A stretch of DNA of 64,000 nucleotides from Azolla caroliniana. Its lineage: Eukaryota > Plantae > Polypodiophyta. Numbering within the stretch: position 1 is the first letter of the stretch; every line of letters begins with the position of its first letter. Where the stretch lies: the NCBI GenBank assembly GCA_043228905.1, contig JBHGNT010000001.1:17670001-17734000 (forward strand). The letters run 5' to 3'. Below the pieces are notes generated by a model. That model searched no databases. It saw only the letters and a list, made by a program, of their open reading frames with translations, and was not told where the DNA came from. Positions 38,620 to 50,017 of the stretch are shown one piece after another. The translations under genes were made by a program, and so were the position numbers.

Positions 38620-39260
38620 TTAGAATGCATTCTATTTCTGTCCAAGTGCAATGTGAGGGTATCTAAATGAATGGAATCACATGCAATGGAATCAAAATAG
38701 GCTTTGAAAAAGATGTCCTTGTTGGTAACACGATAGTCAACATGTATGTGAATTGTGGGTTATTGTTGATTGTCCACTAGTTGTTTAACACTCTAGTGGT
38801 GCGAGACGTGGTTTCCCTAAACTCATTGATGGTAGGATATACCAAACGAGGGCGTAGCAAGGAGCATATTTTTTGTTTTGAGGAGATGGTTCCAAAATGG
38901 GGGGTGTACAAATCCAACGATTATAGTGTGTGCTTTGAAGGTTTGTTGTGGGATCATTGGTACAATAGCAAAGGGAAAAGAGGTACATGCCTCAAGCGAT
39001 AAAAGCAGGTATTGAACCTAAGCTCATTATTGGCAATACAATAATTGAGATGTATGTGAAATCATGCTCTCTTTGAGAAGCAGAACAAGTCTTTGATAAG
39101 CTTGTTGCTCGGGATGTTATCTTGTGGACAACACTAATTGTTGGATATGCTCAACTTGGGGAAAATGAGAATGCATGAAAGTGGTATAAAGCCAAACCTA
39201 ATCACTTTTGTGCATCTCTTAAATGCATGCAATCATGCGGGTATGGTGTTTGAGGACTAT
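38620..39260 (+). pseudogene. PLS-class pentatricopeptide-repeat gene fragment
   Basis: DVLVGNTIVNMY, AEQVFDKLVARDVILWTTLIVGYAQLG and KPNLITFVHLLNACNHAGMV motifs, with frameshifts. Confidence 0.8.
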
Positions 39261-39609
39261 GAATTGAATTGTTCATTACTTTAAAGGTTTTAGGATGTTA
39301 CATTACTACAAGTATTTTAGGATGTGAAATGTTCAAATGTCTTATATGCATTTTAGGATGTAGAACTATAATGTACATCACAAAATTGTGTAAACATAGA
39401 TGCTTTTTACAATATTACAAATTTTTTTTAGAAAGGTAAATAATTTTCAAATTCTAGAAGTATTTAACGTTCTATACGTATTTTATAAGTATTTAACATA
39501 TGAAAATACGTATTTAATGTATTTTTCAATTGGCAGGTACTATACGGATATTAATATATGTTATATATGTATGGTATCCGTACCATATCTAACGTACCTA
39601 ACAACCATG

Positions 39610-40830
39610 CGCCCGATAATGTCGTAGTGGCCTACCCGGAGAGGCTGGCCGTGACCCACGAATTCACAGCTCTACTCCAATTCGGCACCTGCTTCGAAAT
39701 CATGGAATTCATGGCCACGCAGCAAATCAAAGTCTCGCAACGCATGGTGGAGGAGCACGCAGAAAGGCAAATAATCAAGCAAGCTCTGGTCGGAACAGTA
39801 GTACGAGAGGAAGAACGTGCTCTAAGCAAGATCGGTTGAATGCAGAACACGGACGAGGGCCGTATGGGAATTGAGTTGACCCCATTAAACATCGCCTCAG
39901 TTGAAGTACACATGGAGCTCACGACAGTGCGGAACAGAGCAAAGGATATGCTTGGTAAGAACAAGACTGCGAAGAAGGCTGAAAAATACAGCCTCAACCA
40001 CCATCGCAGGCTCCCGCACAACCGAACTACAAAAAATCCACAAGGAGGTCGAAGCTCAGACGACAATAGCGGCCAAGGTGAAAAAAGTGACGAAAATCGC
40101 CAATACTGAGATCGAGAGACTCCGCTCCGAACTTCGACAATTGTCAGATCGTGAGACGGATATCCAAGCCAAGGGAGGTAAGGTTGTGAGGACGATCCAA
40201 GAGAAATTAGAAGCCGAAATCATTGCTCACGCAAATACGACCGAAGAGCTCAATAACCAAAAGGAAGACGTCAGTTGAGCTAAAGGAATCATCGTGGCAC
40301 GACAGGAGGCCGCGCTGAGAAAACACCAATGGTACGATGAGCAAATCAAGATCGAACAACAAACTACAAGAGACTCGGTCGAAGTATGCTTAAACAGTGA
40401 AATGGGTCGACTCGAAGCACTGCATTATAAAGAATCAAAATTGTAGGAGGAGGTGAAGGCACGATACGAAGAAAACGCAGCCTCCAACACAAGCAAAATT
40501 TCGAACCTCAAGATAGCTCTCGAGGAGATGCGAACGCACAGAGATGAACACGGAGTGCATAAAAATCCTCCTAGCAACAATGCGCGAAATATTTGGGCAA
40601 CTACTTCAAGCGGCGTTGAATAGAAGATAGGCTGAATGGGCAAAGCAGGCTGCAGAGCTCCACACGTACCGGGCCAACTAGGAGAATCGGCAGAAAGACG
40701 GTAAGGGCTTCTACAAACTTAATAAAGAAAGCATTGTGATGGTCCCGAGGACCTTATGCAAGATTATCATGGCCTGGCCGATCGCCGCTCCAAGGAGATA
40801 ACGCAACCGCTAGAAGAATTCAGAGATAGC
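39610..40830 (+). pseudogene. Second decayed copy of the gypsy-associated coiled-coil ORF
   Basis: Colinear homology to 1-1250, e.g. EAQTTIAAKVK and AAELHTYRA. Confidence 0.65.
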
Positions 40831-41731
40831 CACCTGAACTTGAGGGGGAGAGTAGGATCGGTTGGACAAGCCAAACTGGAATCGGGTGAGGAAGCCGAAT
40901 CCAACCAGAGAACAACTAGAAGAAAATCGGCTAAAGAAAGAACATCTGACAATAGGGGGAGCGGAATGAGCGAGCTAGATCCAGTGCTAGCAAAACGAAG
41001 GGGAGTAAGAAACAATAATAAAGTTGAGAAGACTTGGGCTGAGAGAGTGATAGGCCGGACAAAAGATGAATCAGAGACATCCGATTCGGATTAGAGGAGT
41101 TATTTAGACGAGCCGAATCATGTAAACGTCAAGCAAACGAGAAAGCAACCGAAGACGATGCCAATGCAAGAGAGTTGACGGATCCTGGGGTGCCGAAGTT
41201 GCAAAGGCAAGAAGAAGACCGATGAGGGCCTTATGAGCACAAAAGCTGACTGAGCAGGTCGAGGAGCGTGGGACCGGACGGGTCATGGAGTGCGAACAAG
41301 AAGGCAAGCAGCTAGGAGATGCTGGAGCGGTGAACAAGCTGGAGCTGATGGAGAATGTCAAGTTGAGCTTGAGGGGGAGTGTTGAGAGACAACCTCAACA
41401 TGAGTGAAATAGCTAAAGGTTGGTAGGTCGGTCAGCTAAGAAAGGCGATAGTCAAGTCGAGTAATGAGAGTCGGCTGATGAAGCCGACAACTGGTCGGCC
41501 GAGGAACATGTTGATGGGCCATTACGGCCTATATTCCTATTCATAGTAATGGGATTATTTTAGGAGTCAATGTTAGTAGCTCAGTTATGAGCATTGAAGT
41601 ACCCATCTGTTTTGTTGTTAGTCCTTTTGAGGACTTGTATAAAGAGTGCTCGTTGAGCACGTTTTGATTTGTAGAGTATTGTTATTTTGAAATATACTTT
41701 TCTTATTTGCTCTCTTTCTCGATCTCTCTAT
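40830..41731 (+). mobile_element. Copia 3' extension, PPT and truncated 3' LTR (from 41380)
   Basis: GAGCTTGAGGGGGAG followed by TGTTGAGAG. Confidence 0.7.
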
Positions 41732-42300
41732 TGTTGGGGTAGGGGGGGTGAAGCCTAGAATGGCTTCACCCACCTCCCAAGGGAGTTAATTCAGTGAGAG
41801 AGCTAGAGAGAAATACAAATAGAAAATGACACAAATGTGAGCTTCCGCATCTTATTTTCTACAATCCGCCCCCCGATGATGATTCTGTTGATGGTGGCTC
41901 CCTTGATTTATCCACGTTGTTTGGCTCTTTCCGGAATGGGTAAGGGGGCATGTGGCCGACATAGGGCTTGAGCCGAAAGCCATTGACCCAGTTTGACAAG
42001 ATTTCGCTGGCCAATGTGCCCAGCTGGTAGGTTCCGTTCAGAATGTCCATAATCCAGTAGGGTCCTGTTCAACAAAAACACAACTTCCCTAGCATGTGCT
42101 CCATTCGAGTCTGAAAAATCAGAAATATTTTGCCAATGCCGAACGCTTTTCCATTGCCTCTCTTGTGACGGTTGACAAAGGCTTTAAATCCATGAGCCAC
42201 ATACTCCGCAACTGACATTCCTCTAGTTCTAGTAGTCGTTCGAGTGGGTGATGTTCTGACTCTGTTTCCCTTAGGTGTTTGTGGACCTGTACTCACAAGC
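41732..42300 (-). mobile_element. Gypsy integrase C-terminal fragment
   Basis: GPYWIMDILNGTYQL...VNGFRLKPY. Confidence 0.6.
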
Positions 42301-42582
42301 TTAGAATTTGGAATTCAATTGGCAGGAAAGACATGCTTCACGTCCTGACAATCACAATGAACCTGGTGTCGGTTCGGCAAATCGTCGACAAGGGGATGTA
42401 GGTGCGGTTTACGCACGTCGGGTGCTTCATCGAGGAAGGCAACTGGATCATCGCACAAGGGTGTTAGGACGGGGGGGATGTTTATCCTCGACACCAATGA
42501 TGTCAAGACTTCTTTGTTTGAAAAAGGTCAGAAGGTCGAGTCGGACATCGGACTTTAAGTGCATGTGGTGTAATGGTGTTGG

Positions 42583-44459
42583 TGTTGACCGGGCAAGTTC
42601 AACCAGATCCGGATCAGATGAATAAGCTAGAGCCCGGATCGGTATCCGGATTGGAGAGCTGGATCGGATTATAACTGGTAGGCCATTAGAGGTCTATGAT
42701 CCTAGCCTAATACGTAGGCATATTTCTAGGAGTTAGTGTCAATAGCTCGTATGAGCATTAAAGTACATGTCAATACTTCTGTAAGTCCTTTTAAGGATTT
42801 GTATAAAAGTGCTCACTGCGCAGATTGTATGTACAAAGTGATAATTTTTAATATTGAGTTTTTTTTACTATTCTGCTCTCTCTGTCTGTCCTATGTATTG
42901 TATATTCTCAATCTTCCATTAAACCTTCATTTCTGTTTATTATTGTTATCTGGCTGAGCTGGTTTGTCTACAAGCTTCCGCATTTTATTCTTTACATGGT
43001 ATCAGAGCGCGAGGGTTGAGAACCTCTGCTGTCGACAATTGCTCGAAACGGACAAACCCTAATCACCGGTAAAAAACAGAAGAGAGAAGAAATATATGGA
43101 CAAAATCATGGAGAGCTCACGTCTTGGTTGTATAAAATGCACCAGTACCTGTTGGGGCACGGATATTGGAGCAACATTGAAGGAGCAAATGTAGCGGCGC
43201 CGGATTCGGCACACAAGGACTTCAGGGCATGGGAGCAAAGAGCGACTAGAGTGTTGTATTGCTACATCAGGGATGCAAAAATGCCGAAAGAAGCTTGGGA
43301 GAAACTGAAAAAGATTTTCGCGGAAAGCACGATGGCCCAAAAGTTGCAACTTTGACAAGAGCTCAACAACATCCAACAAAGAGATATGTCGGTTACCGAC
43401 TACACCACCAAGATAAAGGAGATCTACGACGCACTCAGTTCCATCAACGTGCTGGTGGACGTAGACGAGATGGTCCAGATCTACCTCAGTGGTCTAGCAC
43501 ATCGGTACGGGACAATCTGGAGGATGATTTGCACCTAGGAGAAGCCACTCCTTCAACTTGCAATCCATGCTAATGGTCGAAGAAAACCACACGTATGGAT
43601 CGAGGACCACTCAAGCGGACAACCGGATGTTGTACACGAAAGCGGATCGGCCCCGTGGGCATGGAAGACGAGGTGGGTCGGACGCATAGCGGAGGCCGGC
43701 AAGAGTAGAATCGGAGGCACGAAGATAGTGTCGATAACAGTTCCGGACCATTCACGAGCAGGAGGAGTCAAAGCGGCACCGAAAATCGGCAAGGAAAGGA
43801 CGAAATGAAATGTTGGTATTATGGCAAGATAGGCCACCGAGAAATCAAGTGCTGGAAGAAGTGCACTAATTTGGATAAATCAGGATCCGGTAAGGTTGGT
43901 CAAGGGAACTGACAAAGCTTGCACTACGTCGAAGGATAAGAAGGATCCAGAATCGGTAAGACTGGAAAAGGGCTAGCCTTTGTGAAGAAGGCCACTTCCA
44001 GATCAGAGTAAGTGTGGTACGTTGACTTTGGAGAGTCTAACCACATGACGAGTGGTTCTCATATCTGGAAAAGCCAGAGCAACCAAGAGTTGTCGAAACC
44101 GGACATGACACTCCTAACCCAATTGTGCACGTCGGAGAAGTTCCTTTGAGTCATGTCGAAAAAAAAGGGAAGCTTATGAACATGCTTCACTTCCTAACAA
44201 TCACAACGAACTTGGTGTCGGTTCGAAAAATCATCGACAAGGGGATGTAAATGCGGTTTACGCACCTCGGGTGCTTCATCGAGGAAGAGGACTGGATCAT
44301 CGCGCAAGGGCGTCGGGACGGGAGGATGTTTATCCTCAACACCAATGACGTCAGAACCTCTTTGTTTGCAAAAGGTCATAAGGTCGAGTCGGATATTGAC
44401 ATGTGGTATATGTTGATCGGCCATGTCAACTATGATAGCTGAAATTTAGTGGCCGGAAG
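42583..44459 (+). mobile_element. Decayed copia element (5' LTR 42583-42996, PBS at 42997, gag-protease remnant)
   Basis: TG...CA LTR related to 30263, then TGGTATCAGAGCG and gag fragments. Confidence 0.8.
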
Positions 44460-47112
44460 TGATGTCCGCCGGAAGTGGACAAATGTAAATAATGCATGGG
44501 AAAGAAATGTATTATTATATTAGGAGCGTTAAGTAACGCGTGCAATGGTTCACGTAGGAAGCATAGCCGACTAAGCCCTGTGTATATAAAGGACAGAAGA
44601 ATAGTGTAATAGCTAGCACCTTATTGAGCATAGTCTTTAATAGAGTTGTGTCTTCTCTGATATTGTATCTCTTGTCTATTCCCTATTATCTTGGTGTGAC
44701 TTCATAAGCGTAAGCATATAAGGTAAGTACGTGGTGCGTAGTTACGCACATTAGGAGCTCGGTTGAAGCCGTCTCCCGTTCACTCCCTTAGTAAATACGC
44801 TCTAACAGTATAAGTCACTACGCCCAGCGGGATACGTGTATCCCTACCCCCTTGCACCACGATCACCTTGATACCTACCCCGAAGGATTGAGGGTAGGCC
44901 GTGTTCCTAACCAGCAACACTTTTGTCACCCCTGGTGATCTGTGAATCCTCGTAGTTGAGCAACAAGGAATGGATGTCTAGCCACCGACGTACGAGAGAA
45001 CCCACTTGACAATATCGACCATAGATAAGATATGTCATTCGACAGACAGAAGAATGCGCTACGTGAAAACCTCGCCTTAGGGATCGCGCCCCGTCTTCCC
45101 TAGAGGGTACGGTTGAATCCACGCTCACGAAGCAAAGCAACATCGAAAACAAATCAACGATATGACGTTATCACCAGACCCGACATGGCAAGCACTGTCA
45201 GACTGCGAGATCACATTGACTATGGATAATATTTTACGACTGGTTCCATGGTTCTGACAAGTAGTAGAGAATCATATACAGGGTACTGACGGACTAGAAA
45301 TCTCGGCCAATTTCACAAAACCCAATACCGGCCCAACAGTGGTAGAACACCATCAAAGTGGTACTTCAAGGCCAAGAAATAATGGGATGCATTGTCGATG
45401 GTGGTTCCGGCGTAAATGTCATTAGTAAAACCACTTGTGCTAGGCTGGGTATTATAGATTGGGAAGCATGCCCATTCTGTCTCCGAATGACAGACACCCA
45501 CTCCATCAGATCTTTAGGTTTAATTCGAAAGCTAGGGATTATAGTCGGTGGCCATCATTTTGAGATTTCTACGGTTGTGCTCGTGCTGGACGCCCTAGGA
45601 GATACCCAATTTTGTTAGGCAGACCATGGTTACGGTCTGCTAATATCAAGCATAACTGACAGCATAACCGCATCAGCTTCCGATGCAGGCGAAGCAATGT
45701 TCGCGTACTGACATAGGAAACATCCGCACCAACCAAACCTATTTAAATGCCACTATATGCAGAAGAAATTAATATGTTAGCAGGTCTGGAGGATACAGAG
45801 TTGGAAGCGTACCTCAACGAAAACCCGTGGATATTACCATTATTTGAAATTGATGTCCTCGAGGCTACTAGTGAGTACGCCCCAACAAGTACACCCCAAG
45901 AAGAGGAATATGAACCTGATCACGAGTCTATGAAGGAGATAAGCAAAGCACGAGAAGTGTTCAAGAAGGAAATGGAAATCTTGCGAAGGGTTACCGCGTC
46001 CGCATTGGAGGAGATTAATGTCGGAACCATGGAGGTTTCACGACTGCTCTCAATCGCTAAGGACTTGATGCCAAATGAGAAAACGGCCATGGCAAAGCTG
46101 CTCTAGGAATTTAAGGATGACTTCGCATGTTCTCATGAAGACATGAAAGAGCTGGACCCGAATTTTTATCAACACAAGATTAACTTGGCCACGGATGCGA
46201 AACTGGTGCAGTAGAGATGCTATCGTATGAACCCAAATTATGCAGTCCGTGTAAAGGAAGAAATTGATAAGCTCTTGAAAGAGGGGTTCATCCGACTAGT
46301 AAAACATGCCACATGGTTGAGTTCGATTGTGGTGGTGCAAAAGAAAAATGGGAAAATACGTTTGCGCGTCGATTGTACCGTAAATTAAACGTTGTTACAA
46401 TTACAGATGTGTTTCCCTTACCATTTATGGATAGTGTATTAGACGCGGTCGCATGCCATGACATGTATAGTTTTTTGGATGGGTTTAGCGGATATAATCA
46501 AGTACGAATGCACCTAGTCGAAGACTACGTTCGTCACGGATGTTGTCCGCCGGAATAGTAACCGGCAAACAAGAGCGCAATAATATAGAATAGAGTAATA
46601 TTGTAATGCATGTAAACGGTTCACACGGGAAGCGTGAACGGCTAAAAGACCCTACGTATATAAAGGGCAGAAAACCTTTGATAGAGGTAGCGTGTTATTT
46701 TGAATGTAAAAGGTGTATTTTAATAGAGTTATATCGTCTCTGATTCCTGTACGTATCTATGCTTAATCTATTGTGTGTCTGTGATTCTTGGTGGCGTAGT
46801 GTAGTCATAAGAGTGTAGGCGTGAGTAACAGTGTGGTTGCTAGTCCACTGTCTAAGGAGTTCGGTTATAGTCGTCTCCCTTAAATGCTAATAGGATACGG
46901 GAGGTATCCCACTAAGTATTACGCTACGACGATACCTCCCGGCGATCACCGATCCACGTCCGGTTTCGCGTTCTCCCTTGGGAGTGCCGCGATCACTTGG
47001 AGTAGCAAGAAGCAGCCGACAGTTGCGTTGTCGTAGTGTAGGTTGCACACTATGTGGAAATTATATTTTTGTCCCTCCGGATAGAGAATGGAGTGCTCGG
47101 TGGGAACCGGAA

Positions 47113-47278
47113 GAAAACGGCATACCGGCAAGGAGGAAAACGGCATACCGGCAAGGAGGAAAAACGGCATACCGGCAAGGAGGAAAACGGCATACCGGCA
47201 AGGAGGAAAAACGGCATACCGGCAAGGAGGAAAACGGCGTACCGGCAAGGAGGAAAAACGGCATACCGGCAAGGAAGA
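47113..47278 (+). repeat. 23/24-bp tandem repeat in the F LTR (7 copies in the 5' LTR, 5 in the 3' LTR at ~53691-53809)
   Basis: Unit AAAACGGCATACCGGCAAGGAGG(A). Confidence 0.9.
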
Positions 47279-47977
47279 GCCGGATAAAGAGACATAAATG
47301 TAAAAAGAAAGGAAATACTCACTACTGCGCAGGGCGTGATTCGAACTCTGCACCTCCACGTTGACAAACCCCAACCTTACCATTACATTAAATTATCTTA
47401 AGTGTTTTAAATATAGATTTAATATGTATAAGACCTTTATTTATGCATACCTTTATTAAAAGGTAAATCGTGTATTTCTTTAATATATGAAAAAGAAAAA
47501 ACACGAGACACTAAAAATAACTCATGCACATCTAGCGTGCATGAGCACTATATTTAGCAAATAAAAGCAAGGATTAGAAAAGCATCACATGCATATTTAG
47601 TGTGCATGAACATATGAGAAAAAGCATGTAGCTATGCTTAGTCTCTCCCATCACTATATAAGGATGGGGAGCACATTGTAGTTGTTGTTGATTATTTGGA
47701 TTAAGAATTAATCAATACAAAAATTATTCGTGGGATTGACGATTTATACATCTACTTCTCTCTTAACACCCTAAGTACCAATTAATATAGTATACTCGTG
47801 TGATTCACGAGTTTCTTATCCTTCTCTTTGCTATTTACTCATAATTAATCTCTATCTCACGAACTCCTTTCTCCTAGTCCAAGACCTCTGTGGTTCCCAC
47901 CCGACTCACGCAACGATCCGGAGCCGAAAGGCACGACACAAGTTGGTGAACCCGACGTGAAGACGGGTGGCAAGGAG

Positions 47978-50017
47978 ATGGAGGCTCAACAAGCTAACAA
48001 TATGATGGCGATGTTCGAACGGATGCTTCAAGAACAACGCACGATGTCGGAGATTTCGGCATCAGTAGAGCGGCTCGTGCAACGCAACGGGCAATTTAAT
48101 GGTAAGGATGTGTCGCGATATTTGCAGGACTACAAGGCGGAGATGCTCCGGTGCCGGGCTTCGGAAGGACTGCAAGTGACATCCTTTAACCGGGTGGCGA
48201 CCGACGGGCTTCAAGGGAGTATCCACGGGTTGCAACAACAAAATCCGACGTGGGAAGCATTCGAAGAGGCGTTAAAGACCACGTTTGCCATCGAGGACTC
48301 CTCCAAGGCAACGCGGAGGGGATTCGAGGATTGGGTGGAAACGTCAGGTAAGGGGCTGAAGGTCCTCGAAGTGTTTTCAGCATTCGAAAGTCGGTTCGGG
48401 AGGTTGTCCGCGAGAGATCAAACTATTCTTGCACCGGACAAAGTCATCATGTTTTTGCGAGCTGTGGACGTCCGGGACCGGAAAGATCTCGGAGTGCTTC
48501 TTGAGGACACGACCACCGAAAGCGGCCTCACCGAAACATGGGGAAGCGTGCGGGATATCGTCGCGCGGTACACGAAGAGGGGGCAATGGCTTGCCAACGA
48601 AGAAAAGAGGGTTTCGGAACCGATTCCGAAACCGAGAACGGGATTGGAAGACCATCAACCGAGGGCTCGGGAGATTACGGCCGAGAAGGGAGTCGACGCG
48701 TCTACGGTGGAGCAGCTGCTGAAGGAGATGGAGAATCTAAAGATCGCGATGGTGAAGAAGTCGGATGACCGCCCCACAAGCTCCAAATATACGGATCGAC
48801 GGTGCATATGGTGCGATAGCGCCGACCACGATCGGAGGGATTGCGACGACCATAAGGAGGCGCTACAACGGGATCTCATCTACTACGAGGGAAACCGGAT
48901 TCATTCGATGGACTCTCGGAAGCCACTCCGACCGAACTTCCGGAAAGGCGGCATGAAGAAGGTGCTCGAGGAGGAGTTAGCGGCAAGAAGCAACTATGCG
49001 ACAACCGCGGGAATATGTGTCGGGGAGTCATCGGGAGCGAAGGCGTCTTTCTGGCCGGAGGTGCTAGGAAACACCTAGAAAACCGACTCCAACGATATCC
49101 GAAACACCGCGGAAGGCGTCCGGGAAGCTACGGGATGGGAGTGCCCTGTCGACAAGAATAGCATATACGCCCTGTGTCAATTACATGAGGTGTATGTGGA
49201 CGAGAAACGACGGCGCACGGAGGATGCGGTCGGACCATCGAAGATACCGGAAAGCTGGAACTCCGGAGGTAAGGGAAAAGAAAAGGTGACTCCGGCATTC
49301 AAGCTCGCCTCGGACATAGAACAACAAACCGACTTGAAAAGAGTGTTCGAGGAAAGAATCTTGGATAGCCGGGTAGATTTTTCGCTGCGGGAACTACTCG
49401 GAATAGCGAAGAAGGAGTTTCACGATCTTCTCATGGATCTCGTGAAAAGGAAGAGACAAAGTACGGAGGAAAATGCTCCAAGGGTGAATGCAAATACCGT
49501 TTCAATGAACGACACCGAAGTGGAAGGCGAAATTCCGAACTCCCACTATACAAGGCCACACTGGGCACGTCCGACTACGGAGACTCCGGTCCGAATCGGC
49601 AACATCAAAGAACCCGTGCTAGCATTGATTGATCACGGATCGGAGATCAACTTGATGTCCAAGGAGTTCTACCGAAAGGGGAAGTGGCCTATAAACACCA
49701 ACCATGGATGGAAGATTCGGGCAGCCACGAAAACGACAGAAGACCTATTTGCGGCTTGTCCGGATGTGACGGTAAAGATCGGGGATGTCGAAATTGACCA
49801 AAATTTCTTTGTGCAGGATGAGGTTTCACATTCTGTCATCCTCGGCCAACCCTTTATCACGGCTTCACGGATGGAGACGAAGGTGCTCGATAGTGGTGCG
49901 GCTTTTGCGCGAATTCGGAGCCAAAACGGAGGGAAATCCGTCCAATTCCTAACGGTGCCGGCAAATCACGAAAGGAACAAGAGGGAACTCTTGTCCCAAG
50001 TGAGAATGGATTTTTAA
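47978..50017 (+). CDS. Gag-protease ORF1 of element F with one in-frame TAG at 49076-49078
   Basis: CIWCDSADHDRRDC knuckle and LIDHGSEIN protease motif. The frame stays open after the TAG. Confidence 0.85.

Noticed and set aside
38620-39260. Functional host PPR gene
   Set aside because: Short, with multiple stops and frameshifts.
46946-47383. Repetitive ORFs on both strands (also 53557-53914)
   Set aside because: By-products of the stop-poor LTR tandem repeat.
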